A stretch of 64,000 bases of DNA from an uncultured Sulfurovum sp. (GCA_902727855.1 CACVAS010000058.1:45029-109028); one strand, 5' to 3'. Counted from the stretch's first letter, positions 1 to 10,832 are shown. Notes: generated by a model not told the origin, from the sequence alone. Program-made: numbers and translations.

Positions 1-1
1 G

Positions 2-1309
2 CGTGGTGCAAATATACGTAATATTTTAGAATTTTCAGACAACTTTGAAGTATGTAAGACAGTAAAACTTGAAACGAACTACCGATCTACCCAACCCATT
101 CTGAAAGCTGCCAATGCGCTTATAGAACATAATTCAACTAGACTTGGTAAAAAACTGGTCTCTCACAAAGGTACAGGTGAAGATGTAAAACTTCTACACT
201 CCCTTGATGAATCTATGGAAGCCAAAAATATCGCGAGTAAAATACAAAAACTGCTAGATGCAGGGACAAATCCTGACGAGATAGCTGTGCTTTACCGCAT
301 AAATGCTCTATCTCGTTCCCTTGAAGAAGGGTTTACCAAAAGTGGATTAAGCTTTAAACTCATAGGTGGTATGCGATTTTATGAGCGTGCTGAAATTAAA
401 GATCTTATCTCCTACTTAAGGGTGATTGCGAATCCTTATGATGACTTTTCACTTATCCGTATTATTAACAAACCAAAACGTGGTATTGGTAAAGCATCCA
501 TAGAAAAACTTCAAAAAGCTGCCTATGATTCTCAAGTTTCTCTCTATAGTTATATAGAAAAAATGCTTACATTAGAAGTTGAAAATGTTGTGAGTAAAAA
601 AATCACTACGGCATTAGAAGCACTCACGCAAAGTATCTCTCTTCTGCAAGAGACTATGCAAAATGATTTAGGTAATTTTATCACCCTATTTGATGAGCAT
701 ATTCATATAAAAGATCACTATGCAGGTATGGCAGATGGTATGGAACGTATCCTTAATATAGATGAATTCTATGGTGTCTTTAGAGATGCAGCTATTAAAA
801 ACCCTGATTTAAATTTAGAAACATTTTTAAACGACATTTCGCTTCAAAGTGACCAAGATCAAATTGAAGAAGATGCTATTACGATTATGAGTATTCATGC
901 TTCTAAAGGTTTAGAGTTTGAACACCTGTTTGTCATTGGACTTGAAGAGGAGTTTTTTCCTCTACTTGGCGAAGGATGCAATATGGAAGAGGAACGTCGC
1001 TTAGGGTATGTTGCCATTACCAGAGCAAAGTCTGACCTTACATTGTCTTATGTTGACAGCCGTTTTTATAAAGGTCGCCGTAAAATGATAGATAAGAGTC
1101 GATTTTTAGGTGAATCTGGTCTTATCTCAGATACAAGTCTTAAAATTACGAAACAAGCTGACTTTAAAAAAGGTGACTTAGTCAAACATAAAATTTTTGG
1201 TATTGGACGTGTTCAAGCAGCGAACAAATCTGGTAAAGAATACAAGTTACTTATTAATTTCGGAGGGAACAAGAAAGAAATTTTAAGTTCCTTTGTCCAG
1301 TCTATTTAA
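2..1309 (+). CDS. uvrD: UvrD/PcrA/Rep-family SF1 DNA helicase, 5'-truncated by window edge
   Basis: Frame is open from base 2 (RGANIRNILEF...NYRST); motifs AVLYR, SIHASKGLEF, EERRLGYVAITRA; C-terminal Tudor-like KHKIFGIG. Confidence 0.9.
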   Translation, partial: RGANIRNILEFSDNFEVCKTVKLETNYRSTQPILKAANALIEHNSTRLGKKLVSHKGTGEDVKLLHSLDESMEAKNIASKIQKLLDAGTNPDEIAVLYRINALSRSLEEGFTKSGLSFKLIGGMRFYERAEIKDLISYLRVIANPYDDFSLIRIINKPKRGIGKASIEKLQKAAYDSQVSLYSYIEKMLTLEVENVVSKKITTALEALTQSISLLQETMQNDLGNFITLFDEHIHIKDHYAGMADGMERILNIDEFYGVFRDAAIKNPDLNLETFLNDISLQSDQDQIEEDAITIMSIHASKGLEFEHLFVIGLEEEFFPLLGEGCNMEEERRLGYVAITRAKSDLTLSYVDSRFYKGRRKMIDKSRFLGESGLISDTSLKITKQADFKKGDLVKHKIFGIGRVQAANKSGKEYKLLINFGGNKKEILSSFVQSI

Positions 1310-1358
1310 TGGGACACAAAATGAACAAAGTGCATCTTTGTGTCTTTTTGAAAAACTT

Positions 1359-2192
1359 ATGAACCGTCTTTTTGTAGTAAACAAACCCATATTTCGTACA
1401 TCCAATGGCTACATGGGTTACGTAAAACGCAAGTATGGTACTAAAAAAGTAGGCTTTTCCGGTACACTTGACCCTTTTGCTACGGGTTGTCTTATAGTCG
1501 CTACAGGGCAGTACACTAAACTTTTTCAATACCTTGCCAAAACACCCAAAACCTACAAAGCAACACTATGGCTAGGCGTAAACTCCCCTAGTTTAGATAT
1601 AGAAAATATAGATAGCATTAAAGATGTTAAAGTATTCGATGAAAAACATATACAATCGTCTCTAGAATCTCTACAAGGAGAACTTACCTATTACCCACCC
1701 AAGTTTTGTGCAAAAAAAATCAATGGTAAACGTGCCTATGAGCTTGCACGTGCAGGTGAAGATGTAGTATTAAAAACCATTACTTCTACTATTTATGACA
1801 TCAAACTCCTACACTATAATCACCCTTTCATACACTTTCAGGTCAAAGTCTCAGAAGGCACCTATATAAGAAGTTTGGGTGCTTTAATAGCAGACAAACT
1901 TTCCGTAGATGGTACTCTCTCCTCTTTAGAACGTATACACGAGGGAAAGTTTTTTTACAATGCAGAAAAAGCAGTTAATCCTTTTGAAAACCTAGCCCTT
2001 GAAAAAAACATCTATACTGGTGATGACACATTCATAGAACTTGGTAAAAAAGTTTCTATTGAATATTTTGATAATAAACAAAATGGGGTTTATCTTATTG
2101 AAACAAAAAATTTCTTTTCTATTATAGAGATAATAGATACCAAAGTAAACTATAGATTTAACCGAATTTCGAAATTTTCACCTGATATGTAA
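1359..2192 (+). CDS. truB: tRNA pseudouridine(55) synthase
   Basis: KVGFSGTLDPFATG, KTYKATLWLG, PPKFCAKKINGKRAYELAR, VSEGTYIRSL; start placed at ATG 1359 (MNRLFVV). Confidence 0.95.
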   Translation: MNRLFVVNKPIFRTSNGYMGYVKRKYGTKKVGFSGTLDPFATGCLIVATGQYTKLFQYLAKTPKTYKATLWLGVNSPSLDIENIDSIKDVKVFDEKHIQSSLESLQGELTYYPPKFCAKKINGKRAYELARAGEDVVLKTITSTIYDIKLLHYNHPFIHFQVKVSEGTYIRSLGALIADKLSVDGTLSSLERIHEGKFFYNAEKAVNPFENLALEKNIYTGDDTFIELGKKVSIEYFDNKQNGVYLIETKNFFSIIEIIDTKVNYRFNRISKFSPDM

Positions 2193-2284
2193 CTAAAAAT
2201 TAAACGAATATCTTTGTATTAACAAATACAAAATAAATAAGTATTTTACAACATCTAAATCTATATAATAGTTCCTAAAGGGGT

Positions 2285-2710
2285 ATGATTATGTATCTAG
2301 AAGAAATAAGTATATTATATGTAGAAGATGAACAAGAAACGCAAGAACTTATAGAAGAAATATTGAGTCATGTTTGTAAAGAAGTTTTTGTTGCCTCTGA
2401 TGGTGTAGAAGGTTTAAAAATGTATGAGCAAAAACAACCTGATATTGTACTCTCAGATATTGTAATGCCTCATATGGACGGTATTGCGATGTGTACAAAG
2501 ATAAAAGCGATGAACCCCAATCAACTTATTGCACTTTTTACTGCTTACAATGAGCCCGCATTTAAAGAACAAGCCTCTCAACTTAAAATTGATTCTTATA
2601 TTATGAAACCTTTTGATGATAAACAGTTTTTCAATGCACTTAATTATTTAGCTATGGCTTTTCACACTGACTTGAATGTGGGCAAGAAAATATTGGAAAA
2701 AAAGATATGA
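2285..2710 (+). CDS. single-domain response regulator receiver
   Basis: ILYVEDE, PDIVLSDIVMPHMDG, YIMKPF receiver motifs; no output domain. Confidence 0.9.
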   Translation: MIMYLEEISILYVEDEQETQELIEEILSHVCKEVFVASDGVEGLKMYEQKQPDIVLSDIVMPHMDGIAMCTKIKAMNPNQLIALFTAYNEPAFKEQASQLKIDSYIMKPFDDKQFFNALNYLAMAFHTDLNVGKKILEKKI

Positions 2711-3360
2711 TGAATATCACTAAAAAAGATAAGTTTAGAATCGGTGCGTCTCATACTATTGCTACTTATGTGCTTCCTGGTGAGTTAATCAGTACTATTC
2801 AATCACAGACTGAAAGTTTTATCAAACTAGATGTAGCACCTTGCCAAGAAATCATCAAAGCTGTAAAAGCAAGAAAGATAGACATAGGCTTTGTTGAGTT
2901 TGAGACTACAGACGATGCCCTGACCTGTACAGAGTGGATGGATGAAGAGTTGGTACTTTGTTCTAAGAAACAATTACCTATGCCTTTAACAAAAAAAGAT
3001 TTAGCTAACTATACACTCCTATGTGGTGGGTTTGAGTCAGCCGATAGAAATGTATTAGATACTTTTTTGAGAGAGCAAGAACTTCACCGTGATGACTTTG
3101 AGTCTTTACTCGAGCTAGACAATCCTACCGCTATCATACAAAATATCAAATGGTCAAACCCACATGCACACATTCCTTCTATGGCACTTGTATCAAAAAG
3201 GGCCATTGAGTATGAATTAAAATACAATATTTTGCATATTTCTTCTATTAATTATGCCCCTATTCTTAAAAATTTTTATATTGTTTATAGGAATGATTCA
3301 CAACAAAGTGAAACAATCCATACTATTTGCACAACACTGCTAGAAAAAAGTAATGCTTAA
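2707..3360 (+). CDS. LysR substrate-binding-domain protein without HTH
   Basis: Begins directly at RIGASHTIATYVLP; IDIGFVE; only 217 aa. Confidence 0.75.
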   Translation: MMNITKKDKFRIGASHTIATYVLPGELISTIQSQTESFIKLDVAPCQEIIKAVKARKIDIGFVEFETTDDALTCTEWMDEELVLCSKKQLPMPLTKKDLANYTLLCGGFESADRNVLDTFLREQELHRDDFESLLELDNPTAIIQNIKWSNPHAHIPSMALVSKRAIEYELKYNILHISSINYAPILKNFYIVYRNDSQQSETIHTICTTLLEKSNA

Positions 3361-6300
3361 GTTCCAAAACGAATCGTTGCCAATGCGCCTTTAGCATGAT
3401 TTTCTAGCGTTAAATGTCCTGACATAGACTCTTCTATAATCATTTTTGCCATATAAAGTCCTATCCCTGTTCCATCACTTTGAAATTTAGTCGTAAAATA
3501 AGGTTCAAATATTTTATTCACTATCTCTTGTGAAATACCACCCGCATTATCTTGTATCGTGATGGTTATGTCATTATCTACTTTTTGAGAGACTATTTCC
3601 ACTTTTGGGTTTTTAATATGGTTTTCAACCAGAGCATCTTTTGCATTATTAAGTAAAATCAAAAATACTTGCATGAGCTCATTTTTATAACTCTCTAACA
3701 CCAACCCTTCATCACACTTGACAATAAACTCTATATTGTTACTTATATAACTTGATTTAACAAAGTCGACACACTCTTTAATGGCATCTTCAACTTTAAA
3801 TGCTAGCTTTTCTTTATCTGCTCTAAAAAAGTTTTTAAAATCATTAATGGTTGCACTCATCTTTTGTATAAGCTTATTTGATTTTTCACTAAATACTTCA
3901 ATATCTTTTTTGTCAAGTGTGTCATTCCCAGACTTTGATGAGACCAAATAGACAGATGCGCTTAGAGCATTGAGAGGCTGTCTCCATTGGTGAGCTATGT
4001 TTCCTATCATCTCTCCCATTGATGCCATTTTACTTTGTTGTTGTAACATACGTTCATGCTCTCTTAATATAGTAATATCTGTAAATGTAACAACTTGAGC
4101 ATCTTTATATATCTTTTTACTGGCTTTTACAACAAATATATGCTCAACACCATTTTTATCATCGATGTAAACTTCATGGCTTTCATTTTCATATTTGTTT
4201 ATATGTTCTATCCAGAGAAGGCCATCCATCTTTTCCTTAAGATGTTTTGCATTTTTTTTCTCTTTAAATAAGTCACAAATACAATTATACTTTTCAAGAA
4301 AATGTTCAAAACTGTCAAATCCTAACAGCGTAAGAAACTGCTTATTTCCACTTGTAATTCTTTTACCATCGGTTAAAATAGTAATGGTCTCTTGTTCATC
4401 AAGTATGTTCGTGACACGGTCTTTCTCTTCTTGCAACATCTGCTTACTTTCAAGTAGCTTTTGCTGACTTAATTTACTCTGTGTAATATCTATAAAGGTC
4501 AAAATAGCTCCGTTATAGACCCTTTCCCCTCTATCTTTACTGACATAAGGGTAGATTGTCATATTATAGTGCTTGCCCTTATTTGCCTTCTCAAATACAC
4601 TTTTTTCTTTCTTGTCTATCACATCAAATATAGACTTTCTAATGTTCCCTAAGTCTATTTTCGTTCCCACCGTAGTAATGAGTTCATTGATATTGGCATT
4701 GGTGATTTCAAAGATGGATTTGGCTTCTTGTGTAAATGATTTAATCTTTAAATCATTATCAACAATAACCATACCAAAATCCAATACCCTAAAAACATTT
4801 TCAAAGTCACTGTTACTCTCTCTAAGAAGAGCCGACTTTGATTCCAGTTCTTCATTCACAGTGATAAGTTCTTCATTTGAGCTTTGTAGCTCTTCATTTG
4901 AGGTTTCTAACTCTTCATTGGTACTTTGTAATTCTTCATTTGAACTTTGTAACTCTTCATTGGTACTTTGTAACTCCTCGTTGGTAGTCTCAAGCTCTTC
5001 AATGGTGACTTGTAGTTGCTCTTTTATCAGCATGAGCTCAGTCTCTAATTCTCTTGCATAATCTGATGTCATCACCTTATCATCTTTAGCAACAAGCACT
5101 TCATCCGAACTTTCCATAAAGATAATCGCTACAGAGTCAGAAAGAAAATCATTGTTTTGCAAAGGGAAAACAATAATATTGATATATTTTATTTTTTCCC
5201 CTTTCTCTACAGCACCTACTTTTAGTCTTTTATTTAAAGAGGTATAAGATTTTCTAGCTTTAGAGATAAGTACACGAATATCCAGTCTCATATCATCTTT
5301 AATAAATGAGAATACATCCAGATTGAAATTACCAGTAGGAAAATCGATATATTGTCGTGCATTTCCACCAATATAAGTAATAGCATCATTTCTATCAATA
5401 ATCAAATAATCTTTAAAAAGTTTTTCTTTCATTGAAGCTGCCATAGAGTTTTCAATAGCAACATCTTTGTCTATTTTCTTTTCAGCTTCTATGATGATTT
5501 CTTGATTACCGGTGTATACTCTTTTAGAGTATCGCTTTGGATAATAGGCCAAATTATTTACATTTAAATCTTTTGTGTTAGCATCTTTTTTAAATATTTT
5601 AGCTTGGTTATCTACAGTGATATAGAGGTCTTTAAGCGTAGTAACTGCCTCACTTTTCCCTAGAAAAAGCATACCAGAATTTTTCAATGAATGGTGAAAA
5701 ATAGAAATAATACGTGTTTGCAATCTTGTATTAAAATAAATAAGCAAATTTCGACATGATATAAGGTCTACAGATAAAAATGGAGGGTCTTTTACTAAAT
5801 CGTGTACAGAAAATATCAGTGATTCTCTTACTCTCTTGCTCACTTCATACCGATCATCTTTCACATCAAAATAATTTTCAATAAAAAAACTATCTATATG
5901 CTCTACATCTTCTTTGCTAAAAGAGTTATTTCTTGCAGTATCTATGGCTTGCTCACTAATGTCTGTTGCAAATATTTGTATGTTTTTCTTCACGTTATAT
6001 TCATCTAAGATTTTATGTATCACCATAGCTATGCTGTAGGCTTCTTCTCCTGTTGCACAACCCGCAACCCATACCCTAATACGTTTTTCATTGGAAGTCA
6101 CCAGCGAAACAATAGATTTTTCTAAAGATTCAAAGTAAGATTTATCTCTAAAAAATGAAGTCACAATAATAAGTAAATCTTTATACAGTAGTGTTAGCTC
6201 ATTTGATGATGTTTTTAACAATGCAATATATTCTTGAAGTGTAGATGATCTATTAACGACCATACGTCTTTCTATTCTTCTTTGAATCGTTCCTAACTTA

Positions 6301-6974
6301 TAGTCTGTGAAATCAACATCAAATTTTTCTATGAGTAAATCATAGATAGTATCTATGCTTCCAACATTGACAATGCTCTCATGAGGAACGTCAGGTAGTG
6401 TCAAAATCTTGAGTATATCTTCTGCCATCTCTTTAGGTGTTAAGATAGCATCTACATCTCCTGTACGTATGGCTGCTGTAGGCATCGAAGGGTACTTTGC
6501 ACTCTTCTCATCTTGCGCAATAGTAATACCCCCTGCATTCTTAATAGCTTGTATCCCCTCACTTCCATCACTTCCAGTACCAGAAAAAATAATACCTAAA
6601 CATCTTGATTCAAATGCTTTAGCCAATGAAGTGAAAAAAATGCTTACCGACGGTTTTGGATATTGCTTTTTCAAAGGAGGTGAAAGTTTAAATAGATTTT
6701 CTTTCATCATCAAATTGTTATTAGGAGGACAGATATATATTCTATTTGGTTCTACTGGCATGTGGTCTTCTATCATTACCATAGGAATATCTACATCACG
6801 GGACAGAAGGTCTAAAAGCATAGTAGGACGTGCGGGGTCTAAATGTTGGGTAATCACATATGCAATTTGCTTATTTTTACTGGTGTCAAGGTGCGAGAAA
6901 AACTCTTGCATGGCCTCATACCCACCTGCACTTGCCCCTATACCTACCACTCTTAAATTGTCTTTTTTTTTCAT
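3357..6974 (-). CDS. CheB-CheR fusion with coiled coil, PAS and histidine kinase
   Basis: GIGASAGG/QH/GTGSDG (CheB); VWVAGCATGEEAYS, FATDI, DLISCRNLLIY (CheR); NEELQS heptads; IAHQWRQPL H-box; DNAGGI and GTGIGL ATPase boxes. Confidence 0.92.
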   Translation of the reverse strand: MKKKDNLRVVGIGASAGGYEAMQEFFSHLDTSKNKQIAYVITQHLDPARPTMLLDLLSRDVDIPMVMIEDHMPVEPNRIYICPPNNNLMMKENLFKLSPPLKKQYPKPSVSIFFTSLAKAFESRCLGIIFSGTGSDGSEGIQAIKNAGGITIAQDEKSAKYPSMPTAAIRTGDVDAILTPKEMAEDILKILTLPDVPHESIVNVGSIDTIYDLLIEKFDVDFTDYKLGTIQRRIERRMVVNRSSTLQEYIALLKTSSNELTLLYKDLLIIVTSFFRDKSYFESLEKSIVSLVTSNEKRIRVWVAGCATGEEAYSIAMVIHKILDEYNVKKNIQIFATDISEQAIDTARNNSFSKEDVEHIDSFFIENYFDVKDDRYEVSKRVRESLIFSVHDLVKDPPFLSVDLISCRNLLIYFNTRLQTRIISIFHHSLKNSGMLFLGKSEAVTTLKDLYITVDNQAKIFKKDANTKDLNVNNLAYYPKRYSKRVYTGNQEIIIEAEKKIDKDVAIENSMAASMKEKLFKDYLIIDRNDAITYIGGNARQYIDFPTGNFNLDVFSFIKDDMRLDIRVLISKARKSYTSLNKRLKVGAVEKGEKIKYINIIVFPLQNNDFLSDSVAIIFMESSDEVLVAKDDKVMTSDYARELETELMLIKEQLQVTIEELETTNEELQSTNEELQSSNEELQSTNEELETSNEELQSSNEELITVNEELESKSALLRESNSDFENVFRVLDFGMVIVDNDLKIKSFTQEAKSIFEITNANINELITTVGTKIDLGNIRKSIFDVIDKKEKSVFEKANKGKHYNMTIYPYVSKDRGERVYNGAILTFIDITQSKLSQQKLLESKQMLQEEKDRVTNILDEQETITILTDGKRITSGNKQFLTLLGFDSFEHFLEKYNCICDLFKEKKNAKHLKEKMDGLLWIEHINKYENESHEVYIDDKNGVEHIFVVKASKKIYKDAQVVTFTDITILREHERMLQQQSKMASMGEMIGNIAHQWRQPLNALSASVYLVSSKSGNDTLDKKDIEVFSEKSNKLIQKMSATINDFKNFFRADKEKLAFKVEDAIKECVDFVKSSYISNNIEFIVKCDEGLVLESYKNELMQVFLILLNNAKDALVENHIKNPKVEIVSQKVDNDITITIQDNAGGISQEIVNKIFEPYFTTKFQSDGTGIGLYMAKMIIEESMSGHLTLENHAKGALATIRFGT

Positions 6975-7142
6975 ACGTTGCCTGCTTTATTGATAGAGAG
7001 GATTATAACACATTCTCCAAAATTAATGCACCAAAACCCTCTTATTAATTATTGTCTTTACTTATGTTTTAGGTAGATTAAACAATGAAGAGAGTCGTTA
7101 AAAGTCATCCAATGATGACTTTATAATTGTGATAATATACCC

Positions 7143-7421
7143 TTACAGAGAAGCTAAAGATTTAGAAGATTCACTTGATTTAACATTATCTTTAGAGAAA
7201 GTGTTTTTTTTCTTTTCCGATGCTTTAGCATTAACTTGTTCTTCTTTTTTAGAAGCTTTCGAAGTATTCTCTATAGAGTCATTCATAATAGTGACAGTAT
7301 CTTTAGTCATCGATGTCGCAGCTTCTTTCATGTCTTTAAACATATCTCCAAAGCTAAATTCAGCGTGTACACCTGTCAATAGTGTCGTAACAACAACAGA
7401 AGTTCTAATCATTTTTATCAT
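7143..7421 (-). CDS. small secreted hypothetical protein
   Basis: Signal-peptide-like N-terminus ending VHA-EF; AAGGA upstream. Confidence 0.55.
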   Translation of the reverse strand: MIKMIRTSVVVTTLLTGVHAEFSFGDMFKDMKEAATSMTKDTVTIMNDSIENTSKASKKEEQVNAKASEKKKNTFSKDNVKSSESSKSLASL

Positions 7422-7664
7422 CTTTCATCCTTCATTTAGTATTTAAAAGCAATATTAAGTGAGAAACGATTCTAATGCTCTAACTTATAATTTGAGTATA
7501 ATATATAAATGATTATTTAATAGTTAAAAACGCCATAATTTACTGATATAATTATAATAAATACTTATATATTAAATACCATGAATCTTATATAATCTTC
7601 ATCTGTTGTCTAACCTATATCATTGTATAATACTTCCAATATATTATGAAATAAAGGTGGACGT

Positions 7665-8558
7665 ATGGGTGGCTTTGAAGGTGGAGATGAGGGTGGCTAT
7701 TGGGATGATGACATAGACTATAAAACTAAACCTACTAAAAATCATACACTCAATAACCAAAAATCAACCATAGAAAAAATTGACTCTGTCTACAAGATTA
7801 AAGCTCATGCAAAAGTAAATATTTTTCTAAAAATCACTGGACATAAAGAGGGCTATCATACCCTACTCTCACGTTTTATGCGTGTTGAACACCTTTATGA
7901 CACCATAGCTTTTGTACCTTGTGAATGCAATACTTTCACCATAGAGGGATGTGAAGGTATACCTTTAGAATCTAATACCATTTACAAAGCATACAAAGCC
8001 CTCAATGAATCTACTGGTGACCTTGATATACTTAACTTCTTCTATACACACAAAGTAGTTGTCACAAAACGTATACCTTCGCAGGCAGGACTAGGTGGAG
8101 GAAGTTCAGATGCTGCAGCATTTATGCGTCTCACCAAAGAAGTCTGTAACCTTATACTAAGCACTGAAGAATTAGCAGAACTAGGAAGTACTATAGGTGC
8201 TGATTTACCCTTTTTCATCTATGACTACCCTTCGGCAAATGTATCTGGCTTTGGTGAGATCGTTGAACCTTTCGAGGAGTCACCACTATCTTTAGAGCTC
8301 TATACGCCAAGTATTGGATGTGACACAACTGTTGTTTATAAAACATTTAAAAAGCATCTTTTAGACAATATTTCTCTAGCATCATTTATAGGCTGGGAGA
8401 AGTTAGACTCAAAAACTATTTTAGAGATAGTACAAGACCCCATACTCCTTAATGACCTTTACGCTGCATCACGCATCGCCTACCCGGAGTTAGACAATGT
8501 AGCCAAAAAAGGATGGTTTTTTTCAGGTTCTGGAAGTACTTTTTTTAAACTTTCCTAA
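7665..8558 (+). CDS. ispE: 4-diphosphocytidyl-2-C-methyl-D-erythritol kinase with N-terminal extension
   Basis: AHAKVNIFLKITG, KRIPSQAGLGGGSSDAAA, GADLPFF, FSGSGST. Confidence 0.93.
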   Translation: MGGFEGGDEGGYWDDDIDYKTKPTKNHTLNNQKSTIEKIDSVYKIKAHAKVNIFLKITGHKEGYHTLLSRFMRVEHLYDTIAFVPCECNTFTIEGCEGIPLESNTIYKAYKALNESTGDLDILNFFYTHKVVVTKRIPSQAGLGGGSSDAAAFMRLTKEVCNLILSTEELAELGSTIGADLPFFIYDYPSANVSGFGEIVEPFEESPLSLELYTPSIGCDTTVVYKTFKKHLLDNISLASFIGWEKLDSKTILEIVQDPILLNDLYAASRIAYPELDNVAKKGWFFSGSGSTFFKLS

Positions 8559-8652
8559 TATATCCTACTCATCTGTTAAGAGTAGCTCTCATCATAGGTG
8601 CTCTTAAAAAAGAATTGATATAATGTTTGCCATTAAACACAAAGAGTAACCA

Positions 8653-9618
8653 ATGCAAAAGACACCTCAATACCCCGATATATTCCATGAACTCAAATCA
8701 AGTGTACGTGATGCTGGATTATTAGATCGTGTACCTATACGTGGGAGCATTGAGATGATAGCCGTATTGCTATCAATGATTGTGGCTCTCATTACATCAC
8801 CTTTATGGCACCCTCTCTTGTTAGCTCTTTTCATCACTATCATCATGACACGTGCTGTTTTTGTTTCACATGATATTTTACATCTACAATATTTTAAAAA
8901 TAAAACATTTTCAAAGAAATTAAGCTATCCTTTTTCAGCGCTTATTCTCTCCAACTCATCTTCATGGTGGGACTATAAACACAATGTCAATCATCATACA
9001 TACTGTAATATTGTTGAAAAAGATGAAGACATTAGAGCTTTAGATGGTGCATTTACTGAAAAAAATAAAGGTAACAGTGCTTTCATCAAAAAACACAAAC
9101 ATCTTATATTTTGGGGTGCACAGTTTTTTATGTTTCCAGCTTTTATTGCACAATCTTACGCTTTTGTCATCCGACGCAAATTATGGGGTGAATTTACTCT
9201 AATGTTATTACATTGGCCACTTATCTGGGGGACATTACTCTATCAGATTGGTACTATTGATACACTCATAGTTGCCTTGACAGTAAACTTCATACTCTCT
9301 CCATGGCTCTCTTTTGGTTTCATCACCAACCACTTAGGCTGTGAGACATTTAATGAAAAAGAGGGTCAATCACTTTCATGGATGGAATTACAAATGAGAG
9401 GTAGTCGTTCTTTAAAAGGTGGGTCTTTAGTACATTGGTTTTATGGTGGACTGAACACACAAATAGAACATCATCTTTTTCCTAAAGCACCACGTTTTCA
9501 TCTTCTTAAAGTGCAAAAGCTCACAAAAGAGTTTGCAAAGAAGCATCATCTCTTTTATTTTGAAACAACACCTATTTTGGCCTATATTCAGATAAATGAC
9601 GCCATTAAGAAGTACTAA
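8653..9618 (+). CDS. membrane fatty acid (acyl-lipid/acyl-CoA) desaturase
   Basis: Three His boxes HDILH, HNVNHH, QIEHHLFP; hydrophobic helices. Confidence 0.88.
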   Translation: MQKTPQYPDIFHELKSSVRDAGLLDRVPIRGSIEMIAVLLSMIVALITSPLWHPLLLALFITIIMTRAVFVSHDILHLQYFKNKTFSKKLSYPFSALILSNSSSWWDYKHNVNHHTYCNIVEKDEDIRALDGAFTEKNKGNSAFIKKHKHLIFWGAQFFMFPAFIAQSYAFVIRRKLWGEFTLMLLHWPLIWGTLLYQIGTIDTLIVALTVNFILSPWLSFGFITNHLGCETFNEKEGQSLSWMELQMRGSRSLKGGSLVHWFYGGLNTQIEHHLFPKAPRFHLLKVQKLTKEFAKKHHLFYFETTPILAYIQINDAIKKY

Positions 9619-9672
9619 AATAGTTATGTTATAATCATTAAATGTTTATCTTTAAGATAAGGAATAAATATA

Positions 9673-10578
9673 ATGGAAAAACAAAACATATTTAAACATG
9701 TCGATAGTCTCTATACAAAGCTTGTTGAATGCATTATTGGAGAGATACCTATTGACGGTAGCCCTGAAGATATTACCCAAAAAGAAACAAGAGAAAAGAA
9801 CCCTCCCAAGGGTAAGATAGTCCGTCTCAAAGAGGGCTATCTCTTAGGTCAAGAGAAAGCCCTCAATCTAGGAAAAAGTAATGACAGCTCGCTTTTATAC
9901 TCTGAAGTTGTAAAAAAAGAGAAAAAAGAAACTGAAAATATTGATGATAAAATCATACTCCCTAAAGTCACAAAAGAACCTTCTTCAGATACTAAAACAA
10001 ATACAGTTAAAGAGAAAACTTTAGAGACTAGAAAAAAACAAACAGTAACAACAAAAATAGATACAAAAGAGACAACTAAAAAGAATGATACTACGCAAAA
10101 AGACGTAACTAAACAATCTTCCAAGAAGTCTACTAAAAAATCTACCAAAGTATCTTCAGACAAACCTGTAGAAAAGGTAGCAAAAAAACCTGTAGACAAC
10201 AAACCTAAAGCATCTTCTACAAAAACACCTAAACCCAAAAGTACAAAAAGAGCAGATAAAATCGCATTTTACATTAAAGATATAAAAAAATATTATGGTG
10301 AGGTAGATGAAGCATTTGTAGCTACTATTGTCAAAAATCTAGGTCCAGCCATCTACAATAAACACGCTGAGCTTGTCTCTTGTGTAGAACATAAAGAATT
10401 AGAGACTGTACGTAAAAATTTTCTTATCAATAAACTAGGTATAGACGCAAGCAGGGGTGTGCTAGATGCAGCCATTCAAGATGTATGTGAAGAGCTAGAA
10501 GATGCCCCTAAAAAGTATCGTGCAACATTTTACTATGCGTTGGCAAAGAAGTTTAAAAAAGAGTCTGTTCTTTCTTAG
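9673..10578 (+). CDS. hypothetical protein with K/T-rich linker and C-terminal DUF2853-like domain
   Basis: C-terminal LGPAIY...ELETVRKNFLINKLG...KYRATFYY resembles DUF2853 proteins. Confidence 0.65.
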   Translation: MEKQNIFKHVDSLYTKLVECIIGEIPIDGSPEDITQKETREKNPPKGKIVRLKEGYLLGQEKALNLGKSNDSSLLYSEVVKKEKKETENIDDKIILPKVTKEPSSDTKTNTVKEKTLETRKKQTVTTKIDTKETTKKNDTTQKDVTKQSSKKSTKKSTKVSSDKPVEKVAKKPVDNKPKASSTKTPKPKSTKRADKIAFYIKDIKKYYGEVDEAFVATIVKNLGPAIYNKHAELVSCVEHKELETVRKNFLINKLGIDASRGVLDAAIQDVCEELEDAPKKYRATFYYALAKKFKKESVLS

Positions 10579-10832
10579 TGAGAACTTTCATTGTTTTTCT
10601 CTTGTACCTTTAACATAAGCAAATAAAGCTCTTCTACTTTGGCTCTTGCCCAAGGTGTTTTACGTAAAAACTTTAGACATGACTTTACACTAGGATCGTA
10701 CTGAAAACAGCGTATATTCACAAATGTCCCTAGTGTCTCCCAACCATACTTAGCCTCAAGCTCCTCTAAAATTTGCACAAGTTTCACACCATGCATAGGA
10801 TTATTTTTATGTTCATTATTATTCATGCCCAT
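10575..10832 (-). CDS. VF530/DUF2132-family small protein
   Basis: NPMHGVKL, YGWETLG, PSVKSCLKFLRKTPWARAKVEELY. Confidence 0.85.
   Translation of the reverse strand: MGMNNNEHKNNPMHGVKLVQILEELEAKYGWETLGTFVNIRCFQYDPSVKSCLKFLRKTPWARAKVEELYLLMLKVQEKNNESSH

Noticed and set aside
4830-5000. 21-bp tandem repeats
   Set aside because: Standard NEELQS(T/S) heptad coiled coil of CheB-CheR fusion proteins.
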